A DNA stretch of 64,000 bases, from contig OZ296654.1 of assembly GCA_965655095.1 (NCBI GenBank), positions 94,054,001-94,118,000 on the forward strand, in the 5' to 3' direction. The notes beneath the pieces are model-generated. The model searched no databases. It was not told the DNA's origin and saw nothing but the letters and a program-made list of their open reading frames with translations. The stretch is from Haplodiscus bocki (taxonomy: Eukaryota). Made by a program: the position numbers and the translations under genes. Of the stretch, positions 51,199 to 62,600 are shown piece after piece (position 1 is the first letter of the stretch; every line of letters starts with the position of its first letter).

Positions 51199-51597
51199 CT
51201 GATCAGTGATGACGATAATCATGAAAAGCAAGGATAACTTGTAAATCCAGAAGAGGCAATTTTGAAGTCAACTTTTTTTTGCAAAACTTCAGTTGGCACT
51301 TCATGCCTACACAAACAAAAATGGTTCGGACAAACAAATTTTGTGCAAAAATTCTGTCTTAGGAACACTATTTTCATTCGTTAGAAACTTGAACTTGTGA
51401 GTTGCCAAATACTGTCAAACCGAAAGGTATCAAGTGTTGAGTTCAGATGAAGCGAAAAAGTCAATGATTTTGAAAACATAGAGACCACAAGTGATAGTCT
51501 TTGAAACGTGGGCAAAATTCCAAAAGCAACAGACAGTTAAGTTTAAGTCACTCATCTGGTAATCTTTGAAAAATGACCATCACTGAAGTTTACCCAC

Positions 51598-51859
51598 CCA
51601 GCTTGATTTCTTCCAGCCCGGGCACAATATCGAACAGTTTGTACAGCTGTTCATTGGTGAGAGAAGAGTCGTATCTCACGACCAAGTCTCTGTGAGGAAG
51701 ACCCAAAATGGTGGATGCCATCATATTCTGTTCCCATGTTAATTTCCCACAGACTGATGGGTTTTCCGGGAATACAGGAGTACACCCGGCACTAACAGAA
51801 CTACTCTGGGGAGAGGGTTTCCCGCCGAAAGTTGCGAGTTTGGCTGAAGATGCTGTACA
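51598..51859 (-). CDS. RBM45: RBM45-like internal exon (first half of RRM3)
   Basis: Manual translation RDLVVRYDSSLTNEQLYKLFDIVPGLEEIKL (RBM45 FDIVPGLE motif); donor G|gtgggt at 51598/51597; acceptor at 51859 or 51852. Confidence 0.8.
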
Positions 51860-52923
51860 CTTTTTTAGTGATGTCCATTTAACTTCACGTAATATTGATC
51901 AATCATTTTGTGGTTAAAAAAAGAGTCGTAATGAAACAAAAAATACATTATTTACCCAAAGGTCAACGATCTTAGTTCAAAAATAGGACACTCTTGGAAA
52001 GTTCGGAGTCAAGCATTGAAGAAAATTTACGCTTCCAGACAATGTGCCAGAAATAAACTTTCGAATTTTAACGTATTTCCAATTGTCACTAACAGTTTTC
52101 AAATTATTATTCATTGGCTCATGGACGTTTTGAATACCTAATCTTCTCACTCCGTAAGATATGCTATCAAGGTTGCACGAGAGAATCTAAATGAAAAATT
52201 TCATGGCAAAAAGTTCTTGTCTGGCGTTGCTTGAACATAGAACATGACTAAAAATGGCAATTCACATTTTTGAGACTAAACTGAATCATTCAAGTTTGAA
52301 AATTGTTGCATCTTTCAAAAAATTTAAAGAACCACTTGAACTACCCACTAAATGACTCTATTGTTGTAAATCTTTGTAGTTAATGAACATGCAAATCATA
52401 GTAATGTAGAACTTTCTCGTTAAAACAATTAATTGTCTAGCTTTGAGATCGACAGGTTTCAAGTTCGATCACTCCTATCGCCATGGCTTTTTTACGTTTC
52501 AGTTAACTCTCTTTGCCACGGTAAGCAATGCAAACTTTGCAACAAACCACAAATGGCCATTCGAGTGTTCATTAACACAGGCCCGTGTAACTCCGTGATA
52601 ATTTCCGCCTTCCAAATTGCGGAAGAAAGGTTAAAATGCCTTAATTCGAACTAAAAATGTGCAAGCTTGCATCCAAAATCTTTTTTTTTGCAGAAAAGCC
52701 TAAATTTAGACAATAAAAACTATTTTTTTTGAGAAAGACGACAGCTAGACGCATTCTACGGGAAATTTGGAAAAAAATGGAGAAAATTTTTTGCGTGCAC
52801 TTTTGCTTCATCGTGCAATTGGCAAAGCTGGTGTAAAGAATCTGAATGTTGAACAAATGATTTTCCTTCCAAATATGAAACATTGGGCTGAAAATAATAA
52901 ACTAAAAAAGGGACATCACTTTC

Positions 52924-53185
52924 CTTAACGGTATAATCACTAGCCGGACAGGTAGCAGCGATAACCGGGTGGAACCTGGCTACAGTGTTTGTTTCGACAG
53001 CCTTCGCAGCGGAAGAGGGTTTTTCGAACTTGATGATAGCGCTGCCACTCGGCTCCAAAGTGGCGCTGTTCCTCACTATGTTCACAAACTCTATCGTCCC
53101 GAACTCAGAGAAGTGTGCATTGAGAGAGTCTTCCGTATCCGTGGGTTGCACCGAAATGCGTAGCTTTTTCAGTTTATCCAGATAC
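52924..53185 (-). CDS. RBM45: RBM45-like internal exon (RRM2); 3' boundary ambiguous (52930, 52924 or 52920)
   Basis: LRISVQPTDTEDSLNAHFSEFGTIEFVNIVRNSATLEPSGSAIIKFEKPSSAAKAVE; acceptor ggcag|GTAT at 53186/53185. Confidence 0.8.
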
Positions 53186-54437
53186 CTGCCAGATTATTCA
53201 AAAATTAGTAATTCAAGTACTACCGTTTTTCGACAAATATGAATCGATTAGCGCCGACGATTTTTACTAGAAATTGATTTCGAATGTTTATCGAATGTTG
53301 GTTCATTTTTTGGCAGCAAAAACACCAGTGTAGCTATAATGTAGATGCAGCAAATATATAAATTTGATGCATTTGTCCAAATACCTGCGAAAATTTTCAT
53401 CTAAGAGCCCGGCTAACTCCTCCGGGATATTTTCCGCCACAAAAATTTTCTAAGAAAAGCGTTGGAAAAAACTAAGTAAAGTGCATTTTTTAACATTTTT
53501 TGATTTTTATCAATTTCTATCACAATTTTTATCGGATAAAACTAAATTACTTTTCAATCAGTGAAAAATTTTCCCATTGAGCAAAAAATTGTTTCAAAAC
53601 TCAAAAATTCCTGGTCAAAAAACTCAAAAACGCAAAGTTTATGAGTTAGACAATTTTTTGAATTAGACGTGAATTTTGGAAAATTTTACGTTCTTTTCGA
53701 GAATCGATCACGCAACCGTTGTAATACAAGATACACACATATTGCATTTACCCCTATGTCAACCAACCTTCACCGAGCGTCGAAGTGCACATTAAATTGT
53801 ATCGTGCAATTGGAGGCAATATTTATGTTAAAAAAACTGAATGTTGAATGAATGATTTCCTTCTGTATATTGAAAATATGGGCGGGAAATAAAAATACAT
53901 CACGAATGAAAAATTTGTCTCGCAATAGTCTCGTCTCATCGTTATATATACAAACTAGCGTACTGTTCACGCAGTAAGTCCAGATTGCTGAGTAATCGTA
54001 CGATTTTCATCAAATAAAATCTTTTTCTATTGTGACACTCTAAGGTTCGGCAAAAATGACATTTTGAGCCAACCTTTTGACTCCATATATATTTCAAACA
54101 ATATTTCTGTAATGGGAGAAGAGAAATCGTGAGAAAAGCAAATATTTATTTCTGCATAATGGCGCAAACTGGAAACAAGTACTTCTTCCAATTTTTGACC
54201 AAAATACTTTTCCAGTAGTAAAATGTGAAATCACTATTTCGGTTTCACTTTTATTTTTAAAAAGAATCTTGTGAAACTCATTGTATCAACCCCGTTACAG
54301 CTTTTCCTGACAATTTATAAAATTAACTGTATCCCGAACACTGACTGCCTAAGACACATTGAATATCGCATTTTTTCAAGCGATCCCCTTTAGCACGAGC
54401 AGCTAGTTGATTAATTAATTAATTAATTAGGAAGTAC

Positions 54438-54679
54438 CTGCTTTGCTCTGTCTCATCTGGAGGAACCTCTTCATTCACAGGATTGTTGTTACTACCCGTA
54501 GCTGTCCCAGAACTATTGGAGGGGTTGCGTGCTAATCTGGCCTTGAGGGTTTTGCCTTTCAAGAGGGGAGAGAATTCGTTCACTGCTTCCAATGCTCTCA
54601 ATGCCGGGTAGGATGAAGTGAAAGTGACGAAAGCACAGCCTTTGTTCACTTTAGTTTGTTTGTCTTTGATGATGAAAAC
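54438..54679 (-). CDS. RBM45: RBM45-like exon (C-terminal half of RRM1); upstream exon not found in window
   Basis: VFIIKDKQTKVNKGCAFVTF (RNP1)..ALRALEAVN..GKTLKARLA; donor GCAG|gtac at 54438/54437, phase 2, in frame with the next exon. Confidence 0.8.
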
Positions 54680-55184
54680 CTTCAACATAATTGATAAATC
54701 GGAAAATATTTTTCATTAGCAAGGCCCATTCTGAAAAAAGCACAAAAACATCGTGCCCTAACATCACATATATTCTTTTGGCTAAAGCCGAAAACGTCAA
54801 TGAATTTATCTTCCTAGATCGACTATTTTTTGTTTTTACAATTTTCCCGAAAAAAATTAATGCCTGAGCTCTTGAGAGTTTCAGAAATTCGCAAAAAAAG
54901 TGGCTCGTGATTCTCATACGAACACTTCTCATGTTCCGAGCGTATCCAACTTTCCGAAATGTAGTGGTTAGAGCACACAGAGGTGTCAGTTAGATCCAAC
55001 AAACCGGGACCTGTTTCAGTCGGCTCTGCCCGTATGGCTCAAAAAATAACTGGTAGCACCTTTGAGAATTTTCGCTTTCCTGACAAAATGTTTAAAATAC
55101 TATTGTTCTTGTTCTCGTAATACTATCGTCCCATGAGGCCAAAAATTTCGCAGAGTGCTTTTGCTACGATATAAACTCCCTTAG

Positions 55185-58000
55185 CCATTTTTTTTTGTTT
55201 TTCTAGTTGAGAGCCTGTTCCAGTCATTGGTGGCCAGAGCGATGTACACTTTCCACCTGTGCCGGTGACCGCTCATCTGCAGTACCTTGTAGGTATCAGC
55301 TTGAAATTGTGAATTATAGGTTTATCGTTGTCTACCCCTTGCACATTGACCTTCTATCTTCCCAGTAAGGCTCAAAGCTTCTAGCCCTTCTTTCCGCATG
55401 CCATGTCCCAAGAAACTCAGTTGTCTGGTGAGAACTGATCTTAGAAGGAACCGCTGTGTATTGCAAAGCTCGAGGACATCATTGCTGGATTTCTTCTGTG
55501 CCCAGCCGACACGTTGCATACGACGACAGCACCATATTTCGAATGCATCCATACTACAGCCTAAAGGTTTATTGAGGGTTCATGCCTCGAAATTATAGAT
55601 TGCAAATGGTATAATGTACGTCATTATAATACCCTCCCGGAGTTGAAGATGTTTTCGTTCGACAAGAAGCTTCTCATGTCATTAAAGGCTCTTTGCATGT
55701 GATACACGATTTATCATTTCAATTTCATGACGTCCATTCGTCAATTCCAAGTAAGTGTTGTCCCCAAAAACTTGGAGCTGTCAACTTCTAGCTTTTTTCC
55801 ATCTACGTAAATTTTTGCGCGGACTCTTTCTGCAAGCTCCTTTTTTACTACCATCACTTTAGCTTTCTTAGTATTCAAATTCATGCAATATTTCATGTTC
55901 GCTTTAACAGTTTTGTCGATCAGTTTTTGTAGTTCTTCGCTTTCTGCTTTCAGATTTGTGTCATCGGCGTAGCGAATGTTGTTAATCATTCCTCCGCCAA
56001 CTTTTATTCTTCTTATATCCTCAATGTTAGCCAACATCTCCTCACCGTACAGGTTGAAAAGAAAAGGTAACACAACGTAGCTTTGTTTGACGCCTTTCTT
56101 GATCATTATAGTGTTCGTTTCTAGATCATTGATGATTGCTTTGGCTTTCTGATCGTAACATATATTTTGGATCAGTTTTAGATCTTTGTTCTCTAATTCT
56201 AGATCGTCAAGAATATGGTTGAGTTCATTGTACTGGATTTTATCAAAGGCTTTCCTGTAATCAAAGAAGCCAGATAGATGTCATTCTGGCCTTCAATCGT
56301 TATTTCGTCGAGGTTGTTTACTGTGAATACCGCAATTTTAGTGTCACTGTCGGGGATGAAGCCGAATTTTGAGTCGAATACACAACTTCGCATGTTTCTA
56401 CGCCCTTTTCAGGATAGTTTTTGTTCGTTTTTCGAGAGCAAGACAGATTAAACTGATGGTTCAATGATCTTCGCATTGGTTTGCTGGAGGTTTCATGGGT
56501 AGTATCACAAAATGTGATTCTTGCCAGGGTGAAGGGATTTTTACTCTCTCGTAAACTTCATTGAAAAATTGCGGGATAAGCTCACATAGTAAGAGGTGTA
56601 TCCCCGAACACGCGCTGTCAGGGCCAGCTGCTCTATTCAACTTTCTTCTCCTGTGTGAACACTCTACTTCGGATTGCAGAAACGTGTCTTCTGTCAAGGC
56701 TTTGAGAACGTCTAGGGGCCTCTGCGATCTTTCTGGGTCATCATACACCTCAGTGATGTATTCCTCCCATCTCTCAATCATTACCGCTTCCTCGCCAACA
56801 AGGTGAATATCTTTTGAAGGACTTGAGTTTATTCCCCGCCACAACAGTTGATTGATTTGAGCATGGGCTTCTCTAGGTGTCAAGGTCCATCCAGACCCTA
56901 TGGCTCAGCAATGTTCGACAAAAAATTCTGTTTAGCACCATTGCATAAATGTTTGATAACTTTAATCAGCTTGCGGTATTGTTCAGATTGGCTCTTCATC
57001 TATCGACGTTGCTCCATTTCGTCTAGTATGTCTTGAGTCATCCAGCGGCCATTCTGACTTCTCCGGATTTTGGGCAGTTTTTGTTTTGCTGTTTTGAACG
57101 CCCGTAGCAAGTTCCCACGGGTATCCGTGTTCTTACTTTGATTGTAGCGGCTCAAAAAACATGCTGAATTCCATTGGTCACTGTTTGGTTGCAGCTATGC
57201 CAATTGAGTTTGCTTCTCTTCATTCTGTTTTCCCGCCGTTTCAATGGGAGCCTGAAGCCGGCAAGAACAGGTGCAAGGTCCAATTCGCAATCAGCAGCTG
57301 GGCAGGCTTCCACATCCAGGATGGCATTTCTGTATTTGGTGGGAATTGATGTGATCGATATGATTCAATGTGTGGTTGTTTGGGGTAGTCCAAGTGAACG
57401 TTTTGTTCAGTTTCCCCATGATGCAGGTGTTCGATAAAGTTGTCTTTCCAGACGCCAATCGACAAATCGTTATCCTCTCTCGTTTCTGCCTCGTCTCACA
57501 TCGAATCATTACATTGTTGTTTTTGCACTTTTTGACGGCATCTTCCAGCTTCCATAGAATGGTCTATGCCGTTTTCTTTGGCTGCCGAAGTTGGAGTAAA
57601 AAGCAAAACTGTGGTGCCTATTCTTCAGTTTGATGAGCAGAAGGCGGTCATTCATTGCCAGGACGGAGGTTACGTTATGCGCCAATTCTATTTCGATGTT
57701 TCAATGGTAATGGTTACTCCATTTGAGTTGTTTTCGTTGCCTGAGTAGTCAACAGTACGATTTTCCATATTGGGTTGCCCATTGCCATTCCACGTCAATT
57801 CCGAAACTCTGAGTAAACTCAATTTCAGTTACTTCATTTCTCGGATGATGTCCATCTTCCCTTTCTGTGAGGCTGTTCGGACAATCCAGGTTCTAAAATG
57901 AAATTCAATTTCCCTCCATTTCTCTCTCAGACGCTTTTTTCAATTTGAGTCGACAGTAGAAGACGGTCGGCCTAGATCTGCAATGTATCTGGATTTCCCA
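55185..58000 (-). mobile_element. Decayed RTE-clade LINE (endonuclease plus RT)
   Basis: KGVKQSYVVLPFLFNLY..INNIRYADDT; RTE-type C-terminus AFEIWCCRRMQRV..QLSFLGH..GKIEG..RGRQR; ERWEEY and AAGPD upstream; A-rich 3' end near 55190. Confidence 0.9.
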
Positions 58001-59209
58001 AGCGCGAGAGTTTCCCCGGAGACTCATTTACGCTATTTGTTGTGGATTGTTGTTGCTTTTTGTGGTTTGTCGTACCATGGTGTCATGTACAGGCCATTGC
58101 ATACCCTTCCCTAGTTAGTTCAGTAGATAAAATAGTCTACCCAACCACGGAACAACATAGTGGAGGTTGCGGTTGGATTTTGTCCGGAATTTTCCGTTGT
58201 TACAGTGTCCAAGAAAATGTCTATCAGAACAAAAACAGCTGTTATTCTTTTCAACGCCAGCCCGAATCTTGTAAAGCAATAACGTCTAAATTTCGAACGT
58301 TCAGGATGGTCATTTGCGTGCCAAGTTACAGAGTACGACAAATTAGCAACAGTCGTCAATAAAATTCCAAGTTAATCGCGTATGGACATAACAATTTTAC
58401 AGTAAATCACAAAATTAGGAAAAGTTGCGCTTGGCTTAAAGTGCTCAAGCAAAATCGGACGCAAAATACGCCTACCCCCAGAATACGTCAAATATGACAG
58501 TATCCTGAGAACAGATCGACTTCTTTTGCAAAAAAACAATCGGAAAGTTTTTCGAGTGGACCCGGACCTTTAGGACACATTCGAATCTCATACAGGACAT
58601 ATAGAAATTTTCCCCACAAGTTCCAGCAAGATCCAACATGATTTGACGGCCTATTTGCCAAGATGAATGATGTGATATTTATTAAGTACCATAACGAAAA
58701 AAGGAGCTCGCTTTCCATAATTCTTGACAAAAAAAGTTTTCACACGGCAGCCCAGATTAAATATCTGATCACTTGGAGTCGCCGTGCTATGACTACGCAA
58801 GATTGAGCAGATTTGGAGCAGCATTTACCCGGTATATGGGACCTTATTCCGAGATGTATTTTCAAAACAGCAACATTGGGCTGGATTTTCAAAGCTCCGG
58901 GGAAGAACACCAATCGAAAACTCAAAACTAAACTATTGAATGATTGCGACGCAAAAATGTACCTAAACTGGAGGCTCAGGATCCAGTAAATAGGAATCAA
59001 AATCGACAGAGAATCACGCAATCAGCGAATATCGGCTCCTATTTCAAATTTTCCAGGAAAAAAGCAACAGTGATTTTTCCGATCCGCAAACGCTTACACC
59101 TAAAAACTCAAATTCCCACTTAATCACTACCGCAGTTATCACTTCAATTGAATTATTGCCTCGAAGCTACTCCAGAGAAAATATAGAGAGCAAGTGGCGG
59201 AATCGGCGC

Positions 59210-59600
59210 TCGACGGAGCCACTCCGACCACTAGCCATTGAGAAACCTTCTTGAAAAACAAAGTAAGCAAATAGAAGTCAGATTTCACAATTACAAGTCC
59301 AGGTTCTTCCCAATGAAATCTGAAAGCGGGCTTTCCAAGCAAACACTCAGATATTCAGGAAGAAAGGCAGTTGTATAAGCATCCGACGGAGCCAATCCGA
59401 CAACTAGCGATTGAGAAAAACGTTCTTGAAGGACAGCGAAAGTAGAAACATTTTCATTTCAGTTACTAGTCGAGTTTTGGCAACTGAAACAAAACAGGCT
59501 CCTTAGCCTACCCCTCAGACACCGTACTCCATAGGCAACGAAATTGGCTGCGGATGGAGCCAATCCAACCATTAGCAATAGAAAAAACATTTTCGAAGAA
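59210..59600 (+). repeat. Three degenerate tandem units (about 170-bp period)
   Basis: ga(c/t)ggagcca(c/a)tcc(g/a)ac(c/a)a(c/t)tagc core at ~59212, ~59386, ~59553. Confidence 0.8.
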
Positions 59601-62600
59601 AAAAAGGTTAAAAACTCTACATTTCTCCAAACACAGTTGAAAAATTTCGACAAATATTGAAAAAGCAGCGTCTAGCGACTCCACACACAGTCAACGCCGA
59701 AAGTAGTTTATTACTCGTGAATTCGGCGACTGGTGACTGAGAAAAAACAATTCTAAAGAACAATGTAGTATAATTAGATTAGATTTTCGCAAAAGGATTC
59801 GAAGAAAAAACCAACCCGGAAACTCAACAAAAACGCCAGTCAAGTCTTACTTGAACAAGCAGCGAAGAACGCAATACTACCAATTGTTTTGAAAAGTTCT
59901 AAAAGCGCACGTATAATGATAATCGATTTTTCAATTACAAAAAATTGAGATTTCGCTCAAAAATCTAAGAACGATCACACAGTTTTGTGGTAACTCTTAA
60001 CATGAATTAGAAAAAACTGAAACAATGCGATCGGTGCTGCCACTGACACTCAAGGGAAACGGGGCATGAACGGACTCGGTTCCGGAGAAGAGTGCCGAAA
60101 CAGCAAAGAAGGTTGCAGTTAAGCCCGGTCGAAAAAGTATCAACGTATCCCCATTCCAAGACAATTGCTTGTCGAAGTGTAACAAATGCAGCGTAGTAAT
60201 GAAGTTGCGCTTGGCAAACAGTCGAGCCAAAAACCAACTCACAGTAGACAGTTATCGAACAGAACCTGCCATGGATTAGAACTAGAGGATAATTGCTGTA
60301 CATTACAAAACTAAGAGAAAGTACCTTGTGAGTGATTGAAACGATCAATTTTGGGTTGATCCACCAGCAAAAACGGACATTTAAGCAATACTGTCCGAGA
60401 AAATTTTCCAAGAATTACACAGCATAGTTCAACAAAAATGATGAAAACAAAACACGCAAATGAGAACTTGTTCACTTTCACGAGTACAAAATATTAATGT
60501 TTCGAGGAAAACACATGCAACAGAGGAACTCTGCCACGTTAAAAAAAACTTGTTATTAAGTGAAATTCAAGAGAAAACAGATGGATGAAAAAAAAGTAGT
60601 TTTCCAAGAAAATGAATCAGACCCAGCTACAACTTATACCATTTAACTTACCAATAAGTTTAACTCTGAATTTCGTGGCATTTGCCGGAAACCAGAACAT
60701 GTACAAAACATGTAGAACAAGGCGAGAGCAACGGAGCGAATATCAAAACTTAGCTAGAATGCCTACCTCGCTAGCAAAAAACGCCACAGCATATTCCACG
60801 AGTTGCAGAGACACGGGAAAAAATCGAAAGTCATCCGCAAAAAGCATGGCTTTCCTTGGTCGCTCGTGTAATCAAAATTACCGGAATTCATGATTTTCAG
60901 ACTTTTCGCACCAACACCTACCCGACGAAATTAGGAGAGCAGCCTTAGTCAATTTCTAACAGAATGAAATCCTTTGTTATGCTTGTTGAAAATGTAGGTA
61001 ATTTGGAGGCACAGCTGGCAAGATATAGAACTGTTAAAACGATAAATTACAGCCAAAACATTCAAAATTTTCGATTTCCGAAGCAAAAACGATCGAAACA
61101 TTTTGAGACATCCAATCAAAAGAAGCAAAATGTCGATCGAGTGTCGTCAAAAAATTTCCACCTAAAGCAGAAAATTCAGACAAATAAGCGAATGGAAATT
61201 AGGAGTGGAAGTTCCCATTTCGCAAACGCCAGGTTTTTAAAACCGATCTGCGTTTTTTTACACTGTTCACAACTTGCATTTAGTGCGTATTTTAGCCATT
61301 GCCCTCAACTTCATTACTCGTTGCTTGCCTCAAAGTCTCATCCCAAGTATTCAACACCAATTTCTTCCTTTTATCATGTAGAAGCTCATTGGAGCTCCAA
61401 AATTCGAAAAATGACCCTTGAGTTGTTCTTACGGCCAAAATGCCGGAGAAAAATATCGGCAGGAAACGTACATCTGCGACACCTCATCGAAACTTTCCTC
61501 TACGCAGTTGCCAATATCGGTTTTATAAAACCTTTTCGATTTGAAACTAACTTCTCACAAGAACGTTGACTTGGTTTTCAAAAAAAATTCCTCACGTTGT
61601 TTTGCTATTCTTCAGAATACCTCTCTTTTATGGGAAGTTTTGCTGATTTTAGGAATCGATTTCTTAGCTTAACCTGTATGACTGGCATCACCGTTCCATA
61701 TTTCTGAGAGTATCGAGAAACGTTTTCCTAATTTTAGAGTCTCTCCGCAGTTTGAGTATTTCTGATTATTTTCAACACTGATACATCTAGTTCTCAAAGA
61801 GTTGGAATCGTTTGGGTTGCAAGCATTGCGGAGCTCCACTCACCACTCAGTTTCTGTGTTGGACTTGTGAGTCGAGGGTGGGAAGTGTTTAACGGTCGAC
61901 ACTTCCATTTTTTTTTAGTTGGTTAAACGTCACAGTTTCTGAAAAAAACCAGTGAGACGACATTTGTTCATTTCACTTATTACTGACTGCGACAATTTGA
62001 CCGATTCTTTAAACGTTAATTACACTATTGGAGATGCAGAATTTCACAATGAGGCAAAATCGAGAGATCGCGCAGAGAGGTGTTTATGGAAAATGTCACA
62101 AAGAAACCAATTTCATTTTTGAAACTCTATTCTCAGAAAATATAAGAGCTTTAAATCTTAAGTCCCGTTTCACAATCTGTTTCCATTTTTGAAAAAGTGT
62201 TGCTAAAAGAAACTTCTCGGTACGTTTGTGAAATAAAGTCAAAATTTAGTCATTTTATAACGTTTCTGATAATCCTAATTCTTGTGTCCTGAAAGCTGGG
62301 TCTGCAGATGATCAAAAAACTCTGATCCATGATACAATACTAAGTTGAGCCTAAAATAATCCTTAGGTTTTTCGCAATCTAAAGATGAAAATTCAGCTAT
62401 TTTGTTTTTTCGGAGATCTCTCATCAAATGGTGGTATTTCATCTTTGCAGCTAGGTTTCCAAAAGCACAAAAATTGCAGAGTCATAACCAGAAGAAAGCA
62501 GTATGGAACACTGCATTTTGGTTGCCGTCAAAAAAATGGTGGTATATTTCCAAACAACTCAACATATCAAATTTTTGGATGACAATCCACCAATTTCAAC

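Noticed and set aside
51199-51597. Box C/D snoRNA reading of the intron-end motif (UGAUG resembles box C; CUGA near the 3' end of intron C)
   Set aside because: Box C is incomplete, only one of three introns has CUGA, the motif is fully Watson-Crick paired rather than K-turn-like, and 0.4-2 kb spans plus the EMC1 TSD fit TIRs better.
52756-52919. C-terminal part of ORF 52756..53151
   Set aside because: Runs through the intron stem arm and a dispersed repeat; RBM45 similarity resumes at 51859.
60025-60279. Plus-strand frame MRSVLPLTLKGNGA*TDSV... with an in-frame TGA (selenoprotein or read-through?)
   Set aside because: No recognisable domain or SECIS-like structure; likely chance or decayed repeat.
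60964-61569. 201-aa plus-strand ORF
   Set aside because: No domain signal; lies among decayed repeat sequence.
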